From assembly GCA_003345555.1 (NCBI GenBank), contig PRDJ01000042.1:30001-62000 (forward strand): DNA of 32,000 bases, read 5' to 3'. This document shows positions 1 through 9,981 of the stretch, piece after piece. Origin of the DNA: Candidatus Thorarchaeota archaeon. GTDB taxonomy: Archaea; Asgardarchaeota; Thorarchaeia; Thorarchaeales; Thorarchaeaceae. Under the pieces are notes generated by a model, which saw only the letters and a program-made list of their open reading frames with translations, did no database searches and was not told where the DNA came from. Numbering within the stretch: the stretch's first letter is position 1; each line of letters begins with the position of its first letter. The position numbers were made by a program, and so were the translations under genes.

Positions 1-108
1 GTCCTACGGTCGTCGCCACCGAGTGTTACCTTTTTATGACAAAGACCGGACTAGAACTCTGCATTTGCATGTCCGCGGCCAGAGAGCCATTTGTACAAGA
101 GGGGTCTC

Positions 109-1404
109 ATGCTCGAAAGAATTCTCACCGATGAATTTAGGAATCAATTGAAAGCCACCTTCATGGACATACGTGAAACTCAGGAAAAGAAAGATGAGAA
201 CGAACTGGCGAAAGACGAGGAAAGACTGAGGCACAAGCTCATTGACAGTATTGAACCATATCGGTCCGATGTTGTGTTCGACACGGATTATATGGTCTCT
301 GCAGTCGACGGGTCCGGCTCAAGCGAACTCGCAACTCTCAACGATGTGAGGGTTCACCTACTGAGCACATCCACCATCGTGCTTGGCACAAATACGAAGA
401 ACGGTGCACCTTTCATGCCGATGGACAGAGTCACGCTGGAGGCCGCACTTGGTCGGGCACAACCGTATGTGAACTCCTATTGGCATTCAGGCGTGAGAGG
501 GGATGCCAGAGAAAAGATGGCAGAGACGCTCGAAGATATCTACCCGGTCAGTAAAATACCGGATCTGATCCTGCCCTTCTTCAGAGACACAACAAACGGG
601 CAGATACAGTCAATCGCGGACCTGTCGAACTCTCGGTATAGCGAGCACGCTGCAATGCTGCAAACCATGGAATCACTCATTTTCTATGGGCAGTTTCTTA
701 CAAATACCCACGTTCACGACGAACTCCGTAAGGCCTCCGAGTATGCCGCTGCTCGAGCCGTCATAACCAGTGACATCAGGCCGAAGTATGTGCTGCTTGA
801 CGGTGCCATGTCCATGTTCTTGCATCAGGTTGGCCAGTATCCTATAATGCCGACGGGCTTCATGCTAAGGGAGCTGTGTTCCGTTGCGCGTGACAAGCGC
901 GTCGTATTGTGTGCGGTAAGCAAGAGTCATACGATTCCGGGCGCGGATCGAATTGCAGAGTTGGCTGAAGAGGTGATCGGCAAGAGCAACAAGTGGTTTT
1001 GTTTCCTTCCCGGTCAAGACGACCCCGGCGGAGGTCTTCACATTCTGGAGAAGCGAACATATATTCCGCCACCCTTGGCCGTGCCCTACTTGTTCAGCTT
1101 TTCTCAGGACAACCGGCCATCGCGGATTGACTTCGACAGAGTATGGTGGCTTCAGGACATATTCGTGGCAGGTGACCCAAAGAAGACGAGGCAAAACGAA
1201 AAAGCGCTCTTTCGGGATATTGAGTTCATGTCAAGAGATGCTCGGTGGTATGGTTACCCCGTTGCTCTCGCGTTGGCACATGAGGAATGCAAGTTGAGCT
1301 ACGAAGACCTAAGACTTGCGAAGGAAATCGCTGATGATGTTCTTCAGGAATTGGGAATGGGTATTCGAAGAACTGTGGAACTGAGAGAAGACTACAATTT
1401 ATAG
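109..1404 (+). CDS. nurA: NurA 5'-3' nuclease (DNA double-strand break end resection)
   Basis: RNase H-like NurA motifs AVDGSG and VLLDGAM, plus a C-terminal GYPVALALAHEEC segment. First gene of a nurA-herA-mre11-rad50 run. The ORF opens at TTG 91; ATG 109 follows a GAGGGG SD-like sequence and is the preferred start. Confidence 0.85.
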   Translation: MLERILTDEFRNQLKATFMDIRETQEKKDENELAKDEERLRHKLIDSIEPYRSDVVFDTDYMVSAVDGSGSSELATLNDVRVHLLSTSTIVLGTNTKNGAPFMPMDRVTLEAALGRAQPYVNSYWHSGVRGDAREKMAETLEDIYPVSKIPDLILPFFRDTTNGQIQSIADLSNSRYSEHAAMLQTMESLIFYGQFLTNTHVHDELRKASEYAAARAVITSDIRPKYVLLDGAMSMFLHQVGQYPIMPTGFMLRELCSVARDKRVVLCAVSKSHTIPGADRIAELAEEVIGKSNKWFCFLPGQDDPGGGLHILEKRTYIPPPLAVPYLFSFSQDNRPSRIDFDRVWWLQDIFVAGDPKKTRQNEKALFRDIEFMSRDARWYGYPVALALAHEECKLSYEDLRLAKEIADDVLQELGMGIRRTVELREDYNL

Positions 1405-1423
1405 ATACTACGAGTGATGCGCT

Positions 1424-3187
1424 ATGACTCTGGATGTGAAAACCCTCGGCGACTTGTACGGCAAGGTAGCAATAGGGAATCAGGCCATGCTTGGGATTAT
1501 GGGAAACAACCGTGATATCAGCGTCGGTGAGATATTCATGGTGTATTCCCAGAGAGACGGACACGAGCGAGTGTTCTTCTTCCGTGTCTCAGCCCTCCAA
1601 AACTACCTGCGTCATGTGGACGACATGGCGCGCGTAGCTGGCACATTGATGATTGAAGGGGACGCGTATCTCTCAGGCATCAAGAGAGACATGCTACTCG
1701 AAGTCGAAGGAAAGATGCTTGGGTACGCAGAAATGGAGAACGGGAAATACGCCTTCAAATCGCCGCGCCGTCTTCCTGACCATCTTGCTGATGTGTACCG
1801 ACCAGTCCCCGGTGTCTCCGACAAGACCGTAAGGGAAATGCTGTCTAGTCAAACAGGCGGCGAAGTGCTCATCGGAGACCTACAAGTTGGCGAGGCCACG
1901 CTAGATGTCCCGGTGGGCATACCTGCGAAGTTCCTTCCAATGCACATGGGAATCTATGGGTCCACAGGTTCTGGAAAAAGCAACCTGATGATGGTGATGA
2001 TCAAATCCATTTTGGATTCAAATCTCGAGGGAATTCGCAGTCCGAATGAGCCTCGTACCCGTATCTCGGCCTTCTGCATAGACCCGCACGACGAGTTCGC
2101 CAAGGGTGTCACGAAGTTCGGAATCCAGAACGTAGTGGAGGCAATGGATCAGGACACTAGGTCGGCGGTCATAGGTGACTTCTACTACCTTACAACGCAT
2201 CTCAAGGCCACTCCTCGGGAAATCCAGCGATATGGCAGGGAGATACGTATCCTATGGGAAGAGATCCTGCCGCACGATCTCTATACCATCATGGACTTCA
2301 CTCCACAAATGGTATCCTTCATTGATGCTCAGTATGCCATTAACAAAGAGAACTGGATATCGGCAATACTTGACCTGACGGAAGACCCCGACATGGTACA
2401 AAAGGGAACTCTGAATGCTGTCCAGCGACGCCTTCGATTCATTGAACGTTCGCCAATCTTCGTCCGTAGCGGTTCGTCTATACTAGATGATGTATTCGTG
2501 GCCATGGAGACGGGGCGCGTGCTCGTAGTCAACACCAGCCTGATGAGTGATACGGAGCAGTTTCTCCTTACGACAGTAGTCGCACGTTCGATATCCGATC
2601 TCAGAAGGGCCGCGAAAAGCAGCGGAACGCTGGGGGACTTCGAGACTCAGGGCCAGCTTAGGCTTCCCGCCCCATTCTTCGGCCGCATCAAGACCAAGGC
2701 AAGATCCTTCTACACGAAAGGTGGAAAGAGCGATGATTCTGGGGTACGCGATCCACGCGAAATGCCTGTGATTCTCGTGACCGTTGAAGAAGCCCCTTCA
2801 ATTCTCAATCCCCAACTGATGCAGGGGCAGTCGGTGTTCAAGGACATCTCTCGTCAAGGGCGGAAGTTCAACATAGGCCTCGTCGTGATAAGTCAGCAGG
2901 TCAGCGTTCTGGATAATGTGATACTGAGCCAGATGAACACCCAGGTCAATCTTCGACTCGGTAACGAGCATGAGATTCAAGCATGTGTCGATAATGCAAG
3001 CATCAACATATCGGGCATGGAGAACGAGTTCCGTGTCATGGTCAAAGGAGACGCGATACTCACAGCATCATATCGTGAGCTTCCTTTGCCTGTCCATGTA
3101 CCTCTCTTCGATACATTGTTCGAACGTGACAAGGGAAAGTACAAACCATCAAAGACCGCACGGTCAAGCGAGAAACACACACTCTGA
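1424..3187 (+). CDS. herA: HerA bipolar helicase / FtsK-HerA ATPase
   Basis: N-terminal HAS-barrel-like region, Walker A GSTGSGKS, IDPHDEF, Walker B region VTVEEAP, and SRQGRKFNIGLVVISQ. Lies between nurA and mre11. Confidence 0.9.
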   Translation: MTLDVKTLGDLYGKVAIGNQAMLGIMGNNRDISVGEIFMVYSQRDGHERVFFFRVSALQNYLRHVDDMARVAGTLMIEGDAYLSGIKRDMLLEVEGKMLGYAEMENGKYAFKSPRRLPDHLADVYRPVPGVSDKTVREMLSSQTGGEVLIGDLQVGEATLDVPVGIPAKFLPMHMGIYGSTGSGKSNLMMVMIKSILDSNLEGIRSPNEPRTRISAFCIDPHDEFAKGVTKFGIQNVVEAMDQDTRSAVIGDFYYLTTHLKATPREIQRYGREIRILWEEILPHDLYTIMDFTPQMVSFIDAQYAINKENWISAILDLTEDPDMVQKGTLNAVQRRLRFIERSPIFVRSGSSILDDVFVAMETGRVLVVNTSLMSDTEQFLLTTVVARSISDLRRAAKSSGTLGDFETQGQLRLPAPFFGRIKTKARSFYTKGGKSDDSGVRDPREMPVILVTVEEAPSILNPQLMQGQSVFKDISRQGRKFNIGLVVISQQVSVLDNVILSQMNTQVNLRLGNEHEIQACVDNASINISGMENEFRVMVKGDAILTASYRELPLPVHVPLFDTLFERDKGKYKPSKTARSSEKHTL

Positions 3188-3195
3188 GGCGCATC

Positions 3196-4509
3196 TTGAT
3201 GACTGCACGCATTGCGCACATATCGGACACCCATCTGGGCACGAGGCCTAGAGACGGGGTCAGGTCCGATGTCTGGGCAGTCGAGATGCGTACACGAGTC
3301 ATCGAGAATGATTTCTATGAGCGCTTCGCAGAGATCTTTGACAGGATTGCCTCACTTGATCCTCCAGTCGACCTAGTCATACACTCCGGTGATCTCTATG
3401 ACTCACCGTCGGAAGAGAACCCCTCGCAGCCGCCGGTGGTAGCTCAGGAGACTGCGCTGTCAGTTCTGAAGAGCTTCACCGAGAAGACTGGAATTCCTGT
3501 TCTGATAATAGAGGGAAATCACGGGCTCTATAGATCAATGGATGTGTCATTGCTTGATTCTCTAAGAATGTCAATCTCTGGTCTCAATGTTGCCACGCAT
3601 GTTGACCTCAAACAAGCATTCAACAAGAAAGAACCGCTGAAGTACTCTTACGACAAACTGGACGTCTTCTGTTTCCCATACATGAGCGCGAGTCTGTTGG
3701 AATCATCCGGCTTGGTAAACGAATTCAGTGACTGGATAATGACGAATCAGTCTCCTAGCAGCCGGAAGGCATCTGTTGCAGTAGTTCATGGAATGGATAG
3801 TGATCGAACACTTCCTCCATCTATCCTTAGTATGGGTTATAGCTACATTGCTCTTGGACACGATCACAAGCAGCACAAGCATTCTGAGAATGCTTGGTAC
3901 GCGGGATCGACTGAAAGATGGAGGTTCGATGAGGCAGGACAAAAGAAGGGCTTTCTCGTAGTCGAGATAGCGGCAAACGAACGCCCGTCTGTGACCCCTG
4001 AATACATTCATTTCGCGCGTCCAGTCTTCAACCGAAGAATGACCACTGAGGATATTGGAAGCACCGAATCTCTGACTCAGAAAATCGATGCTTGGTTTTC
4101 TGAAAAGGGTATCAGGGGACCTTGGGATTCGTCAACTGCCGCTAGAATCAGGTTCGATTTTCGAGGGTCTTCTCGTATTGGTAATCTCGAAATCATGAAT
4201 GCAATGGAAGCCTACAGAACGAAGGTCCTGCAATCGGGGTCTGATTACAACATAGCCCAGCTGACTTGGCATACTCGCCCGCCTGAAACCGAACCGAGTC
4301 TCACCGCATTTCCTGAAATCGAGTCCGAGTACCTTATCGAGAACCCCGAAGAGGATTTTCGCGCATACTTGGACACGATCAAAGGGCTTGACACACAGTT
4401 TGACCCCGCTCTCTTGACGAAAGTGGCTGTGCGAGCACTCAAGATGTCCGTAAAGAAAGGTGAAGACAAGCTTACACTCGAAACACTGTCGGAGGACGAG
4501 GGCAGATGA
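3196..4509 (+). CDS. mre11: Mre11 (SbcD-like) metallophosphoesterase nuclease
   Basis: Phosphoesterase motifs HISDTHLG, HSGDLYD, GNHG, VVHG and ALGHDH, plus YAGSTER. Its stop overlaps the rad50 start (ATGA overlap at 4506-4509). Confidence 0.92.
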   Translation: MMTARIAHISDTHLGTRPRDGVRSDVWAVEMRTRVIENDFYERFAEIFDRIASLDPPVDLVIHSGDLYDSPSEENPSQPPVVAQETALSVLKSFTEKTGIPVLIIEGNHGLYRSMDVSLLDSLRMSISGLNVATHVDLKQAFNKKEPLKYSYDKLDVFCFPYMSASLLESSGLVNEFSDWIMTNQSPSSRKASVAVVHGMDSDRTLPPSILSMGYSYIALGHDHKQHKHSENAWYAGSTERWRFDEAGQKKGFLVVEIAANERPSVTPEYIHFARPVFNRRMTTEDIGSTESLTQKIDAWFSEKGIRGPWDSSTAARIRFDFRGSSRIGNLEIMNAMEAYRTKVLQSGSDYNIAQLTWHTRPPETEPSLTAFPEIESEYLIENPEEDFRAYLDTIKGLDTQFDPALLTKVAVRALKMSVKKGEDKLTLETLSEDEGR

Positions 4510-6596
4510 AGGTGCTGAGCATCAAACTCAGGAGCTTCAAGCCCTTCCGTAGTCTTCTCCTACCTGACGATGAAGGCGATCTTCCAGAAGGCTTGATACT
4601 GGTTCGAGGACCGAATTCCACAGGCAAGTCCTCGCTCTTCGAAGCAATACTGTGGGGTCTCTGGGGAGCAGACGCAGTGAAGCTCAACAACGATGAGCTT
4701 GTTAGCTTCGGTGCGGCGTCATGTGAAGTTACCATAATCTTTGAGATTGAGAAAAAGCAGTACAAGATTGTCAGGTCGTACGGTTTGGATAAGCGTCTGT
4801 CTGTCACGCTCTACGCGAAGGCAAACGGCAACTGGAAACCCATAGCTGACAAGAGCAGTTCCGTGGCTACGAAGCTAGAAGAGATACTCAACCTCCAGCT
4901 GAACCAAGCTCTAAACACGCTTCTTGTCCGACAAGGGGAAGTCGCCACCATTGCCAGTGCTACTCCCTCTGAGCTGAGAGAGCTTCTTGTAAAGGTTTAC
5001 AACATTGAGCTATTGGATAAGATGGAAACACATCTGGAGAGTCTTGAGTCAGATGTTGCATCCAAGGTCAAGACGCTGAAAGACAACTATGAGGCGCCTG
5101 AACTAATCGAGGAGAGAATCAGACAATCGGAATCCCGAATTCGCAAACAAGAAGAAGGGCTTGAGGCAAGAACCAACCAACAGGCTGTCTTGCTCTCTCA
5201 GGTAGAGTCTCTTCCCAATCCGGCCATCCTTTCAGAAGTTCTCAAGCTCGATTCTGACGTAGAAGGAAAAGAACGCGAGTACGAGTATGCCATAAGCAAC
5301 AGAGACAGAGAGCTTGCCGATGCTGGACTAGTCGACTCGACAGATATAGTGGTCCGGGCCCGCCAAGAGGAACTTGCCAAGGAGTTCGAGCGACTAACTG
5401 AACAGCGCGCCAGAATCGAGTCGGATATCACAGATGCTGATCAAGAAATCGGTGGGCTGGCTAAGGTTGACAAAGACCTGCTCAAGCAAGTCGAGACGCT
5501 TCAAGGAGCTGCCGAGTCTGTGGGACAAGGAATGAAATGTCCCACCTGTGGGAAGGCTCTATCAGTGAAAGAGCGCGACGAGTTGGTAGGGCAATACAGA
5601 GCCACACTCAACAAGGACGCTTCGCGACGAGACGACCTATCCAAGCTGAAGACCAAGCTGGCCGCGAACAAGAGGATTACGGACGAGAGACTCAATACCA
5701 TTCCTTCCGCTATTGAGGCATTGAAACGGCTTTCTGAGCGGCAAGCAGCAGTTGACGAAACAAAGGGGCGGGTGGAGGAGTCTAAGGGATTGCTGAAATC
5801 CTTCCTCAAGGAACATGATATGCCTCCTCTACACGATCTCCTTAGCCAGTTTAACGCCAATGACTTGGCTGAGCTGCAACGCATCGTAGACGCAAGAAGC
5901 ATTCAGCTCGAGTCGCTGAATCGAGAGATTGAATCAGCAAAAGCGGAGCTAGACGATAGGCGCAGGGAGAAAGATGAACTCGAAGCCAGGGCTACCCGAA
6001 TGAAAGAGATTGGCGCTGAGATTTCAGACATGGAGACACTTGTTGAGCATACGAAGTATGTGAGAAGGAATCTTGTGAAGGGATTCATCTCCGACTATGT
6101 TGTTCAGAAACGATTGATTGGCATAATCAGGGCGGCCACTAATCAATACGTTCAGTCGTTTACGAATGGTCAGTACACTCGTATTGACTTGGTGCCGACT
6201 CCGGCAATGGCAAAGTCCGGTGCTGGGTTAATGCTCAAAGTTCATGACGATCGCGACAATCAGGAAAAGAAGGCCAGCCAGCTTAGCTACGGGGACCGGA
6301 CTGCGGTGAGTCTTGCGCTGAGACTCGGAATCAGTCGAACCATGAGTAGAATCCGACCTTTGAAGGACAGTCCCGCGTATTCTCCTCGGGTCCAATGCGT
6401 TCTTCTGGATGAGCCTCTAGGCGGTCTCGATAGAGAACGGAGGGCATCGGTCGTCAGGAATCTAACAAGCGATCAAAGCTTCAAACAGATATTCCTGATT
6501 ACGCATACCGATGTCCAAGGATTGGAGGGTGTCTCCGTCATCGATGTCGCAAAAAGCGGCTCGGGAAGTACAGCTACGCTCATCGCCACATCATAG
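4506..6596 (+). CDS. rad50: Rad50 (SbcC-like) SMC-family ATPase
   Basis: Walker A GPNSTGKSS, Q-loop VRQGE, central zinc hook CPTC at residues 345-348, coiled coils, signature-position LSYGD, Walker B/D-loop LLDEPLGGLD, H-loop LITH. Confidence 0.93.
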   Translation: MKVLSIKLRSFKPFRSLLLPDDEGDLPEGLILVRGPNSTGKSSLFEAILWGLWGADAVKLNNDELVSFGAASCEVTIIFEIEKKQYKIVRSYGLDKRLSVTLYAKANGNWKPIADKSSSVATKLEEILNLQLNQALNTLLVRQGEVATIASATPSELRELLVKVYNIELLDKMETHLESLESDVASKVKTLKDNYEAPELIEERIRQSESRIRKQEEGLEARTNQQAVLLSQVESLPNPAILSEVLKLDSDVEGKEREYEYAISNRDRELADAGLVDSTDIVVRARQEELAKEFERLTEQRARIESDITDADQEIGGLAKVDKDLLKQVETLQGAAESVGQGMKCPTCGKALSVKERDELVGQYRATLNKDASRRDDLSKLKTKLAANKRITDERLNTIPSAIEALKRLSERQAAVDETKGRVEESKGLLKSFLKEHDMPPLHDLLSQFNANDLAELQRIVDARSIQLESLNREIESAKAELDDRRREKDELEARATRMKEIGAEISDMETLVEHTKYVRRNLVKGFISDYVVQKRLIGIIRAATNQYVQSFTNGQYTRIDLVPTPAMAKSGAGLMLKVHDDRDNQEKKASQLSYGDRTAVSLALRLGISRTMSRIRPLKDSPAYSPRVQCVLLDEPLGGLDRERRASVVRNLTSDQSFKQIFLITHTDVQGLEGVSVIDVAKSGSGSTATLIATS

Positions 6597-6653
6597 TCGT
6601 AAGGCAGGCGATGGAGAACAAGTATATCAGACAGCTTAGATGACCGCATATCT

Positions 6654-8477
6654 ATGCGCTTGGCCAAGCTGGCACCGCGTCTTGTGAATGGGCTTCTTGT
6701 TCAAGTCTCTGTGCTTGTCGTTCTTTATGTCACAGCCGTGGTCTGGGTGCTGGTTTCTGGCGGCGTCGTACAGGCTTACGTTCCCCAATTGATTATTCTT
6801 TACGCTGCGTTCGCCATATTGACTGTGGTCTTCAGGCGCTCTGTTGTCGAGTACTTGCCGCTGCTGCTAGTGCTGCAATTCGGCATGTTGGTATGGACTT
6901 CGGTTTTCAATGCTGCAGTGGCAGACTACCTTTCCGGCGGAGTGTGGAACAGCAGAGGAGTTTGGCTGGGTAATAGACCGATCGACTTCTTCGGTTACAC
7001 AATTCAACTTCGTTTGGAGGGTTATACCGACTACAGCTTCTTCTACGTTCATTGGGGACACAACATGTTGAATGGAGTGATGCCATACAGTGACGCATTC
7101 GGTTACCTCGTAATGAACGGAATCACAAACAGAAATGGACTGTACATATTTCCTCCGTTCTACGCGTATCTCTATGCGGCTGGCATAGCCCTTCCTGTTG
7201 ATGATTGGGGCATAGGACTACTGATTGCCTGTTTTGGATACCTGACTGTTCTGCCCGTGTACGGTCTTGGACGCGAGCTGTCAGCGAATAGGCATGTTGG
7301 GGAAGTTGCAGCTCTGACTTACCTGCTAAGCCCGAGTGTCCTCTATCATACTGATTTCGTATGGTTGAATCCCTCACCCTTCATCTTCTTCTTCTTTGCG
7401 GGGTTCTACATGCTGGTCCGAGGCAATCGACATACCGGCACGATCCTCATTTTGGTCTCGGCATTGTTCAAGCAGACGGCTTGGTTCTTGGGAATCCCCC
7501 TCGTTGTGTACCTTCTCATGAAGCCTCGGGTCGCCTCGCGGGCAAATCCTCCGGGCAACAGAAGTATTCTGGGTTCTGTTCGTGAGATACTAAGAGGAAT
7601 TTCCAATGCACTCGATATACGAGGCTTCATGTTCAGTGTAGTGCTAGTAGTCATATTCGTCGGAGCGGTGATGTTTCCGTTCCTCTTGGCTCAACCGTAT
7701 GTGCTGCTATTCATGAGCCTGGCCTCTGGAGGCTTTAGGCTCGAGTCATTCACTGAGCTTCCTTCATACGGAAGTCCAGCGCGGCTTCAAGTACTTCCTC
7801 TAGTTGCCTACCTTTCGATACCTGAGTCTAATCGGTCTGAACCTCTTGGTGTTTTTCTTCTATGGTTAACCCAGACTCTTGATAACCTTGTCTTCAATGA
7901 TTTCCTTCTGATCCTGGGGGTTGTGATATTCAGCGGTGTGATGCTGATTGAACCTAGGCGCGTTGGACGCGAGAAGCAGTACATGAGGCGTCTGCTTTTC
8001 CTCACGATGATAATGATGCTTTGGGTCAATCTGACAGGACCGAGGGGTGTCTACAAATACTATTTCACATTGTTCGCGCCATTTTTCTCACTTTTCTCAT
8101 CTGCCCGAATCGTTGAGAGCAAGGAAGAGCATGTGCCATTTTCTTGGTCAATGCTCTGGCTTCCAGTCTCGATGAGTGCCATGATTCTTATTCCAAGTCG
8201 CTATGTATACTTATTCGGAGTTCTTTTAATTATGATTGCATACTTGCTTGTTCATAGCGTAGGCACTTTCTGGTATATACTGACAACCCCGACTCGGTAC
8301 ATGTCAGATAGACTCAAGGGACACATGCATCATACGGCTTTTCTAGCGTCCGTCTTGGCGAGCAAAGTGAGAGGACTCAACAGAGAAACAAGCCCATTGT
8401 CCGAAACCCTGCCTGATTCGGAAGCCATGCGTGAATCCGAAGGCAGAGGAGGCATGTCTAATGTTGGAAAGCCTTAA
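6654..8477 (+). CDS. Polytopic membrane glycosyltransferase, GT-C fold (GT87/DUF2029/PIG-M-like), paralog 1
   Basis: Many hydrophobic helices. First loop has GYTDYSFFY..W...MLNG..PY, followed by FPPFY, YLLSP, WLNP and FKQ, a pattern typical of lipid-linked-sugar GT-C enzymes. Confidence 0.65.
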   Translation: MRLAKLAPRLVNGLLVQVSVLVVLYVTAVVWVLVSGGVVQAYVPQLIILYAAFAILTVVFRRSVVEYLPLLLVLQFGMLVWTSVFNAAVADYLSGGVWNSRGVWLGNRPIDFFGYTIQLRLEGYTDYSFFYVHWGHNMLNGVMPYSDAFGYLVMNGITNRNGLYIFPPFYAYLYAAGIALPVDDWGIGLLIACFGYLTVLPVYGLGRELSANRHVGEVAALTYLLSPSVLYHTDFVWLNPSPFIFFFFAGFYMLVRGNRHTGTILILVSALFKQTAWFLGIPLVVYLLMKPRVASRANPPGNRSILGSVREILRGISNALDIRGFMFSVVLVVIFVGAVMFPFLLAQPYVLLFMSLASGGFRLESFTELPSYGSPARLQVLPLVAYLSIPESNRSEPLGVFLLWLTQTLDNLVFNDFLLILGVVIFSGVMLIEPRRVGREKQYMRRLLFLTMIMMLWVNLTGPRGVYKYYFTLFAPFFSLFSSARIVESKEEHVPFSWSMLWLPVSMSAMILIPSRYVYLFGVLLIMIAYLLVHSVGTFWYILTTPTRYMSDRLKGHMHHTAFLASVLASKVRGLNRETSPLSETLPDSEAMRESEGRGGMSNVGKP

Positions 8478-9981
8478 TCGCGCTCTTCGTAGGATTGTCC
8501 TAATCCTGTTCAAATACAGGATACTCCTTGTGATACTCATATCGGCCTGTCTTGTTTGGGCGTGGATATTCAATCTGGCCGCGGCGGATTTCATTGAAGG
8601 TGGGTCGAGGCCTTTCAGAGCGGCCTGGAACGGATATGGCGCAATCAACGTCGCGGGATTGACGATTCCGCTGAACCTTGAGGGTTGGGCTGACTACGAC
8701 TACTACTACATCAGTTGGGCAGACCAGTTTCTAAGAGGCGTTCAGCCTTACACAACCGAATTCGATTATCAAACGATTGGTGGCACAGTATACAACATTC
8801 CGTATTTCTTTCCCCCTCTGTTCTTGTATCTGTGCGCATTCGGGAGGGTGCTGCCGATTCAACCGTTTGGAATCGGATTGGTCATTACAGTGTTTGGCTA
8901 TCTCACGGCTTTGCCGATATACGGGGTCGGAAAGTATCTCTCCGACAACCCGCATGTGGGAGAAATCGCAGCTGCAACGTATCTCTTCAATCCAATTGTG
9001 CTTTATCACACAGTGGTTGATTGGCTAAATCCAGCTCCGTTTGTCTTCTTTGTCATGCTTTCCATCTATCTGATAGTCTCTGGCCACAGGGTCTCCGGTG
9101 TCCTTGCAATGGCGACCGCGGCAATGTTCAAGCAGACGGCGTTCGTGCTAGCCATACCTCTAGTCTGCTTCTTCCTGAGAAGACCTCCTCAGAAAGATGT
9201 GGCTCCCGAAACCGAGGCTCTTCAGGAGGGAAAGAGGTCCCTTCCGAGCGACAAGCTCGACTTGCGAAGTTTCTCAAAGATCGTTCTGGTTGTTCTATTG
9301 TATGCGGTCGCCCTTTCTGTTCCATACTTGTTAGACCCGCTGAACTATGGATACTTCATCTTTCAGCGTGCAGGTGCCTTTCTATTGACCGATTTAGCGA
9401 CACCTCCCGGCGACGGGCTGCCTATGACCTTGGCTGTCATTCTCATTGTGATGCATGCACCGGAGTGGTTAATCCAAGGTGTGAATCTAATGACGTATTA
9501 CTCGGTCGGTCTCATCCTCGGGCTTTTGCCCATCCTCGTACAGATGCTTATCGAAATGAAGGATGACCGCAATCTGACCGGATATTGGCGAAGGATGCTC
9601 TATCTCACATTATTGCTCCTACTCTGGATTCACCTCTTCTCGCCACGGGGAATCTACAAGTACTACCTAGTCGCGCTTGTACCCTTCTTCTCGATCTTGT
9701 CGTCAACGACTATGTGCTCCAAAGAGTCTGGCGAATTTCGTCCGTCACTCCCGATGGTCGTTAACCCATTTGTGATCAGTATACTGATTATTGTGCCCGA
9801 CAGAACCATCTACATGCTATACTTGATACTAATCCTTCTATCATATGTCTTCTACAGACAGCTTGGCTTGGCATACAGACTTCTTGGCCGGACCTTCAGG
9901 CGAGGTATGAACGGCCTTCGCCACCTACGAGGGCATTCGGAGCCTCCAAGTTCGTCGAGTACTCTTGCGGAAGGAAGATGA
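8461..9981 (+). CDS. Polytopic membrane glycosyltransferase, GT-C fold (GT87/DUF2029/PIG-M-like), paralog 2
   Basis: Shares GWADYDYYY..W...LRG..PY, FPPLF, YLFNP, WLNP, FKQTA and PRG.YKYY with the upstream paralog. The ORF opens at GTG 8431; ATG 8461 is preferred. Confidence 0.65.
   Translation: MLESLNRALRRIVLILFKYRILLVILISACLVWAWIFNLAAADFIEGGSRPFRAAWNGYGAINVAGLTIPLNLEGWADYDYYYISWADQFLRGVQPYTTEFDYQTIGGTVYNIPYFFPPLFLYLCAFGRVLPIQPFGIGLVITVFGYLTALPIYGVGKYLSDNPHVGEIAAATYLFNPIVLYHTVVDWLNPAPFVFFVMLSIYLIVSGHRVSGVLAMATAAMFKQTAFVLAIPLVCFFLRRPPQKDVAPETEALQEGKRSLPSDKLDLRSFSKIVLVVLLYAVALSVPYLLDPLNYGYFIFQRAGAFLLTDLATPPGDGLPMTLAVILIVMHAPEWLIQGVNLMTYYSVGLILGLLPILVQMLIEMKDDRNLTGYWRRMLYLTLLLLLWIHLFSPRGIYKYYLVALVPFFSILSSTTMCSKESGEFRPSLPMVVNPFVISILIIVPDRTIYMLYLILILLSYVFYRQLGLAYRLLGRTFRRGMNGLRHLRGHSEPPSSSSTLAEGR

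Noticed and set aside
9021-9566. 181-aa alternative-frame ORF within the second GT-C gene
   Set aside because: It lies wholly inside a well-supported gene and its Ser/Arg/Cys-rich composition looks non-coding.
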